The position numbers and the translations under genes are program-made. The notes beneath the pieces are model-generated. The model saw nothing but the letters and a program-made list of their open reading frames with translations. It searched no databases and was not told the origin of the DNA. Below are positions 58,311 through 64,000 of a DNA stretch of 64,000 nt, piece by piece. Source of the DNA: Wujia sp. (lineage in GTDB: Bacteria; Bacillota; Clostridia; Lachnospirales; Lachnospiraceae); NCBI GenBank assembly GCA_045531735.1, contig JAZSEO010000008.1:19896-83895 (forward strand), written 5' to 3'. Within the stretch, counting starts at the first letter, position 1, and each line of letters opens with the position of its first letter.

Positions 58311-59372
58311 TTACTGTAGACTAATGGTATCATATAGTTCCATGTTTACTGAATCAGGATACTTGAAATCCGGGTCGATTTCCTCCTGCCATTTTGATAA
58401 GGTGTCTGATAGTTTCATGTCTATAGCGTCTCTAGTCATAGTTTCTTTTCTTGCTGCTGTCGCCTCCGGATCTGTCAGATGTATCATCTGAAACACATGA
58501 TAGCCATATTCGCTTTCTATTACCGTGCTGTAGTCTCCATTTTCCATAGAATACAACAAATCATGAATTTCTTTGCCATAGGTATCCAGTATTTCTTCCG
58601 TTGTAAAAGTTTTTGTTTCTGCCTCTTCAAGTTTGTAATATGCAGCAAGATTTTCTATATTCTCTGCATCTTTATTTTCATCTATTGATGCTGTCGCAAG
58701 AGTTGAACATGCCTGCAATGCATTGGCATACTGAGTATCCTTTTCTTCATCCGTAAATTCTACTACATTACCTAATTCATTTATCGAGTAACAAGGGAAA
58801 TACATATCATAAAAGGTTGTCATACGTGCTTCCTCATCAGAAATCTCAACCGGGTCATCCTCAAGTATCCTCTCCTGCACCAAGCTTGCAACAGCATTTT
58901 CGTACATTACGCTATATACTATATCTTGAGTCAGCTCCATGTTAACAATATCCTCATCTGTCAGCATAGAATAAAAAGTTTCCGAATCTATTTTTAGCTG
59001 TTCTAGCTGTTCATCTGATAAATTGGCATTATACTCCTCTGCGTGAGCACAAAGAGTTTTGACCTTTATTATTTCAGTCACAACCTCCTGCTTAGTAAGT
59101 TTAACTATAGACTCACCCGACTCTGCATCCTCTGGCAAGGTCATCTCCCAAACGTCCTCGCCATACTGTTTTTCATATCTGTCTTTTATTGTATTTATAT
59201 AGATATAGGTTTCACCTAACGTTACATTGTTTTCACCATACACAAAAACTGTTGTGCTGTCCTGCTGTACTGTCTGTTTATTTTCTTTTTTACCACAACC
59301 CGACAAAGCCAGCATAATAAAGCATAAATACAATGCAATTAATCTGTATGTGGTCCTTGTATTACGAAGCAT
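58311..59372 (-). CDS. PrsA/SurA-like foldase lipoprotein (parvulin-type PPIase region)
   Basis: Lipobox LSGCGK. A long helical SurA_N-like region, then a parvulin-like GDYSTVIESEYGYHVFQM. This is the conserved position downstream of mfd in Firmicutes. Confidence 0.7.
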   Translation of the reverse strand: MLRNTRTTYRLIALYLCFIMLALSGCGKKENKQTVQQDSTTVFVYGENNVTLGETYIYINTIKDRYEKQYGEDVWEMTLPEDAESGESIVKLTKQEVVTEIIKVKTLCAHAEEYNANLSDEQLEQLKIDSETFYSMLTDEDIVNMELTQDIVYSVMYENAVASLVQERILEDDPVEISDEEARMTTFYDMYFPCYSINELGNVVEFTDEEKDTQYANALQACSTLATASIDENKDAENIENLAAYYKLEEAETKTFTTEEILDTYGKEIHDLLYSMENGDYSTVIESEYGYHVFQMIHLTDPEATAARKETMTRDAIDMKLSDTLSKWQEEIDPDFKYPDSVNMELYDTISLQ

Positions 59373-59383
59373 AGTTGACCTCC

Positions 59384-62300
59384 TTATTTTTCTGTAAGAA
59401 AGCTTATATCCTCTATTGCTTTTTCTACTACAGATATAAGCTCCTCCTGTATATTTTTTGATGCTTTAAGATGAAAGCCGACAAATTTACCTGTTACAAA
59501 CTTCATTTTGCCATTATAACGTTTAAGCAGTGTATCCATACGCTCTGGTTTTACCGGGGTATTAGGCCACATTATAAACCTTATTTCATCCTGAATATAT
59601 TTTACCTCTGTGACATATGCCTTATGAGCTATAGCCTTAAGATATGCAATATCCAAAAGTCTGAGGAAGGATTTTGGTGGTTCTCCAAACCTATCCTTTA
59701 CCTCTTCAATAATAGCATCATTTTGCTCTCTTGTCTCGCATTTGGATATTCTTTTATACAAATCAAGCTTTATAAACTCATTTTTTACATATTTATCCGG
59801 AATATAGGCATCTATAGGTAATTCTATCGATGTCGCAAAGTCTGGTTCTGTCTCTATACCAGATAACCGTTTTATCGCATCATTGAGCATTTTACAATAC
59901 AAATCATAACCGACCGCTTCAATATTTCCTGACTGCTCCTGCCCCAACAGATTACCTGCACCTCTTATTTCCAAATCCTTCATGGATATTTTATAGCCCG
60001 AGCCAAGCTCTGTAAACTCTCTAATTGCCTTTAAACGTTTTTCAGCAACCTCTTTAATCATTTTATCTCTCTTATACATTAAAAAGGCATATGAGCTTCT
60101 ACTGGAGCGTCCTACACGTCCTCTTAGCTGATATAATTGCGACAATCCAAAATTATCTGCATCATGAATTATGATTGTATTAACATTAGGTATATCCAGA
60201 CCAGTTTCAATAATAGTAGTAGATACTAGCACATCTATTTCCTTATTAATGAAATCTCGCATTATATTTTCAAGCTCACGTTCGTTCATTTTACCATGCG
60301 CAAATTCTATTCTTGCATTCGGCAAAACTGCCCGAAGCTGTGCAGTTATATCCTCTATCGTGTTAACTCTATTATACACATAATATACCTGCCCATCTCT
60401 ATTAAGTTCTCTGTTTACAGCCTCTTTCACAAATTCTATGTCATATTCCATAATGTATGTCTGAATAGGCATTCGGTCAACTGGTGGTTCTTCCAAAAGA
60501 CTTATATCTCTTAAACCCACTAAGCTCATATGAAGAGTTCGCGGAATAGGTGTAGCTGTAAGTGTGAGCACATCTACGTTATTTTTCATCTGCTTTATCT
60601 GCTCCTTGTGCTTGACACCAAAGCGTTGCTCTTCATCAATAATAAGAAGCCCAAGATTTTTAAATTCTACATCCTTTGAAAGCAAACGATGCGTGCCTAT
60701 AACAATGTCAACCATTCCAGTTTTTAAATCTGAAAGTGTCTGCTTAACTTCCTTCGGGGTACAAAATCTCGATAGCAATCTCACATTAACAGGAAAATCT
60801 TTCATTCTCTCACTAAATGTATCGTAATGTTGTTGTGCCAATATTGTTGTCGGAACAAGATATGCCACCTGCTTGTTGTCTTGTACAGCCTTAAATGCTG
60901 CTCTTATTGCCACCTCTGTTTTTCCAAATCCAACATCACCACAGATTAGTCTGTCCATGATACCGTAGCTTTCCATATCTCGTTTTGTATCATCAATAGC
61001 CTTTTGTTGGTCTAGGGTTTCCTCATACGGAAACAACTCCTCAAACTCCCTCTGCCATTGACTATCCTCCGAGTACGCAAAGCCTTTTATTGTCTTTCTT
61101 ATTGCGTATAAATCAACCAATTCTTTTGCAATATCGTCTACATGTCCTTTAACACGCTGTCTAACCTTTTCCCACTCAGTTCCACCTAAACGATTCAATT
61201 TAGGCTTAGCACCCTCTTTGCTGGCAAGCTTGCCAATCATATCGAGCTGCTCTACTGGGATAAAAAGTTTACTGCCTTTCGCATATTCTATACTTATATA
61301 ATCTCTGAGTCTTCCCTCAGTTTCAACTTTTTCAATACCTCTGTATATTCCGACACCATGTCTTTCATGAACCACATAATCGCCTACCACAATATCAGAA
61401 AAGCTACTTATTTTATCGCCTTGATATTTTGGAAGTTTCTTTCTCTTTTTGAGTTCCTTAGAAGTAAATATGTCGCCCTCGCTTATGACAACAAGCTTGC
61501 AGTCAGGTACCTCAAAGCCAGTTTCCATTCGACCAACGCAGACAACAATTTCACCTGCTTTTATATCTTTTTTATCCTCTGAAAAATGCGCCGGTATGTC
61601 ATTAGTCTTTAAATCATTTACAATTCTTTTTCCTCTTGTTCCAGACGGTGAAAGAATAACTATCTTATATTCTTTTTTCTTCCACTTAAGAATATCAGAC
61701 ATAAGAGTTTCAAAGCTGTTATTGTAACTTATTAGCCCCTTAGAGGATAAAGCAATTTCTTTCTTCTCTCCCCACGCAGGCTGCTTTGTGTACAACTCAG
61801 ACATCAAAACAAGTCTTCTCAAAGCCAGCTTACCAACTATCATTTTACCATCATACAATACATCTGCCTGCCCAGGAAGCACATATCCACCTTCTAATCT
61901 GCCTTCCATCGAGCTTGCAAATTCCATTGAATATACAGTAGCCTGTCTGGCGACCTTCTCAGGACTGTCAATATATATCAAAGCGTCCTTAGGAAAATAT
62001 TCCAAAAAAGAAACTGTCTCATCATAAAAATATTCCACCATACTGTCGAGACCCATAGTAGAATTAAATTCCTTAAGTTCTTCTTTTACATTTTCAATTA
62101 TTTTATTAAGGCGGGCATACTGCTCCGTCCTAAATTCTTTTTTTAAGCTTGCTGCCTGTAGCTTATGTTCTTTTTCTATGCGTTCAAGTCCTTTTTCAAT
62201 TCTTTCCTCTGTAAGTACCATCTCACATGATGGATAGATTCTCACACTATTTACAGTTTCTATCGAGCGCTGACTTTCCACATCAAAAATCCTAATGGAA

Positions 62301-62896
62301 TCTATATCATCTCCCCAAAGTTCAACACGATAAGGGCACTCTTCTGTAAGTGGGTATATATCAATAATACCACCCCTTACAGAAAACTGCCCTGAAGTTT
62401 CAACCATTGTAGTTTTTTCGTATCCAAGAGTTGAAAGTTTTCTTGAAAATTCATTAAGTTGAAGAGTTTGACCACATTCTATTTCTATTACATTATCTGT
62501 AATATGCGAAAGCTTTGGAATCTTATCCATAAGTCCTTCTATTGTAGTTACAACTATGGTCTGCTCATTTTCAGCAATGCGTTTAAATATCTCAAGTCTG
62601 TTTTTTACGGTTACATTGCTGTGAATGTCTGCATAATAAAACAATGCATCCTTTGCCGGATAATAATAAACATTACGATTGTAAAATCTATAATCATCCA
62701 CTATTTCTCTAGCTCTCTTCTCGTCGTAGGTCACGATGAGTTTCAAGACATTATCCTGCTCGAGTGCCTCCATCATAAGAGGTGCTACACGTCTGTCCAA
62801 GCCCCATACATGAGCTGGCATATCACCTTTTTTAACGCTTTCCTCAAGCAAATTAAATCTTGGATACTCCTTAAATGCTGCAATTAACGCCTGCAT
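59384..62896 (-). CDS. mfd: transcription-repair coupling factor
   Basis: UvrB-homology N-terminus, CarD-like RID (VGDYVVHERHGVGIY), SF2 helicase motifs (GDVGFGKTEVA, DEEQRFGV, TATPIPRT) and a TRCF C-terminus. Start MQALIA at 62896 behind GGAGG. Confidence 0.95.
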   Translation of the reverse strand: MQALIAAFKEYPRFNLLEESVKKGDMPAHVWGLDRRVAPLMMEALEQDNVLKLIVTYDEKRAREIVDDYRFYNRNVYYYPAKDALFYYADIHSNVTVKNRLEIFKRIAENEQTIVVTTIEGLMDKIPKLSHITDNVIEIECGQTLQLNEFSRKLSTLGYEKTTMVETSGQFSVRGGIIDIYPLTEECPYRVELWGDDIDSIRIFDVESQRSIETVNSVRIYPSCEMVLTEERIEKGLERIEKEHKLQAASLKKEFRTEQYARLNKIIENVKEELKEFNSTMGLDSMVEYFYDETVSFLEYFPKDALIYIDSPEKVARQATVYSMEFASSMEGRLEGGYVLPGQADVLYDGKMIVGKLALRRLVLMSELYTKQPAWGEKKEIALSSKGLISYNNSFETLMSDILKWKKKEYKIVILSPSGTRGKRIVNDLKTNDIPAHFSEDKKDIKAGEIVVCVGRMETGFEVPDCKLVVISEGDIFTSKELKKRKKLPKYQGDKISSFSDIVVGDYVVHERHGVGIYRGIEKVETEGRLRDYISIEYAKGSKLFIPVEQLDMIGKLASKEGAKPKLNRLGGTEWEKVRQRVKGHVDDIAKELVDLYAIRKTIKGFAYSEDSQWQREFEELFPYEETLDQQKAIDDTKRDMESYGIMDRLICGDVGFGKTEVAIRAAFKAVQDNKQVAYLVPTTILAQQHYDTFSERMKDFPVNVRLLSRFCTPKEVKQTLSDLKTGMVDIVIGTHRLLSKDVEFKNLGLLIIDEEQRFGVKHKEQIKQMKNNVDVLTLTATPIPRTLHMSLVGLRDISLLEEPPVDRMPIQTYIMEYDIEFVKEAVNRELNRDGQVYYVYNRVNTIEDITAQLRAVLPNARIEFAHGKMNERELENIMRDFINKEIDVLVSTTIIETGLDIPNVNTIIIHDADNFGLSQLYQLRGRVGRSSRSSYAFLMYKRDKMIKEVAEKRLKAIREFTELGSGYKISMKDLEIRGAGNLLGQEQSGNIEAVGYDLYCKMLNDAIKRLSGIETEPDFATSIELPIDAYIPDKYVKNEFIKLDLYKRISKCETREQNDAIIEEVKDRFGEPPKSFLRLLDIAYLKAIAHKAYVTEVKYIQDEIRFIMWPNTPVKPERMDTLLKRYNGKMKFVTGKFVGFHLKASKNIQEELISVVEKAIEDISFLTEK

Positions 62897-62917
62897 ATCA
62901 GGAACCTCCATAACATA

Positions 62918-63475
62918 TTAATTAAATTTATTCATGGCAGCCTCAATTCCTTCTGAGAAAATTGTTGTCACAGCCTGCCTAGCTCTATCGGCTGCATCCC
63001 TTATAAGAGGCTGTTCATCCTTATTAAATCTTCCTAACACATAATCTGCAAGATCCATATGCTTAGGTTTCTCTCCCACACCAACTTTTATTCTGGCAAA
63101 TTCTTGTGTTCCCAAATGACTTATAATATTTTTTATGCCGTTATGTCCACCGGCACTTCCTTTGGCTCTTATTCTAAGTTTACCAACATCAAGACTAATA
63201 TCGTCATAAATAACCACCAAATCGTCTATATCACATTTATAGTAATCTATAAGTTCTCTGACGCTTTCTCCACTTAGATTCATGTAAGTCATAGGCATAG
63301 CAAGTATGACCTTCTCACCTTCTATTACACCTTTGCCGATAAGTGCCTTATGTTTTTTGGTATCTACCTTAATATTATAGTTATCACTAATATTATATAT
63401 AACAGAAAACCCCACATTATGTCTTGTGCCCTCGTATTCTTTTGTAGGGTTTCCAAGTCCAACAATAATTTTCAT
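62918..63475 (-). CDS. pth: peptidyl-tRNA hydrolase
   Basis: MKIIVGLGNP...GTRHNVGF, GGHNG and DVGK motifs, 185 aa. Confidence 0.95.
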   Translation of the reverse strand: MKIIVGLGNPTKEYEGTRHNVGFSVIYNISDNYNIKVDTKKHKALIGKGVIEGEKVILAMPMTYMNLSGESVRELIDYYKCDIDDLVVIYDDISLDVGKLRIRAKGSAGGHNGIKNIISHLGTQEFARIKVGVGEKPKHMDLADYVLGRFNKDEQPLIRDAADRARQAVTTIFSEGIEAAMNKFN

Positions 63476-63479
63476 AATA

Positions 63480-64000
63480 TTACTGTCCTCTGCTCATCAT
63501 AATCTCTTCTGCTTCCTTAAGCTGCTCTGGTGTATTAACACCTCTTATCTCATCTACAGCCGAGCCAGTGAGTGGCATCGCAGAAACCTTAAGTCCAATT
63601 TTCTTAATCAATGCAATAGTGTCAGTAAGGTAATATTCACCTGCTGCATTATCGTTACTGAGTAATTCAAGACTTGCCGAAAGAGCTTCTGAATTAAACA
63701 CATACATACCCGAATTAACTTCATTAACTAAAAGCTCTTCCTCTGTAGCATCTTTATGCTCAACTATTTTAACAAAGTTACCATCAGCATCACGAACAAT
63801 TCTACCATAGCCTGTAGCATCTTCAAGAACGGCTGAAAGCACTGTTGCACCATTAGCCTCCTTCTTGTGAAGCTCAACTAATGCCTTCAAGGTATCCGCA
63901 GTTATAAGCGGAGTGTCACCACATACAACTATGGTATCACCCTCTGTGCCTATGAAATCCTTAGCACATTTAACAGCATGACCAGTTCCCAACTGTTCCT
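63480..64000 (-). CDS. GlmU-like sugar-1-phosphate nucleotidyltransferase domain protein, C-terminal part (N-terminus beyond the window); lacks the LbH acetyltransferase domain
   Basis: The frame is open to the window end (..EQLGTGHAV..). It matches the GlmU uridyltransferase domain through EIRGVNTPEQLKEAEEIM, then stops 4 nt before pth. Confidence 0.75.
   Translation of the reverse strand, partial: EQLGTGHAVKCAKDFIGTEGDTIVVCGDTPLITADTLKALVELHKKEANGATVLSAVLEDATGYGRIVRDADGNFVKIVEHKDATEEELLVNEVNSGMYVFNSEALSASLELLSNDNAAGEYYLTDTIALIKKIGLKVSAMPLTGSAVDEIRGVNTPEQLKEAEEIMMSRGQ

Overview
AT-rich, gene-dense chromosomal segment. Gene order suggests a low-GC Firmicute of the Clostridia/Lachnospiraceae type: glmU-like/pth/mfd, hprK-glcK-murB-rapZ-whiA-crh-like, spoVG, glgCD. 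This taxonomic call is inference only. I support about 60 CDSs, mostly housekeeping. They include folP/HD/folC, an orphan clpX, proC, reverse rubrerythrin, murF, an FMN-riboswitch rib operon (ribD-E-BA-H) and glycogen glgCD. Also present are an NfeD/SPFH operon, an aconitase-family hydratase, a four-subunit 2-oxoacid:ferredoxin oxidoreductase, galE, nrdD-nrdG-dut, mfd and pth. There is one tRNA-Leu(CAG) with its own promoter and terminator, plus several intrinsic terminators. I saw no rRNA, CRISPR array, cas gene, transposase or integrase. The only clearly accessory-looking insert is a RhuM-family gene plus a small UPF0158-like gene (about 10.4-12.5 kb), behind a long leader full of short repeats. 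Six observations seem most worth a second look. (1) The FMN-riboswitch rib operon appears to run without a break into a sensor-kinase-like protein that has no phospho-acceptor His, and then into a DUF1189-like membrane protein. (2) The RhuM/UPF0158-like islet and its iteron-like leader. (3) A roughly 255-bp palindromic element gives two convergent genes the same 3'-UTR sequence. (4) A single polypeptide fuses an esterase to an LCM/TcmP-type methyltransferase. (5) A trigger-factor paralogue has become a lipoprotein. (6) A PerR-like operator sits on the reverse-rubrerythrin promoter, and tandem NrdR boxes sit on nrdD-nrdG-dut. All functional calls come from reading motifs by eye; no database search was run.
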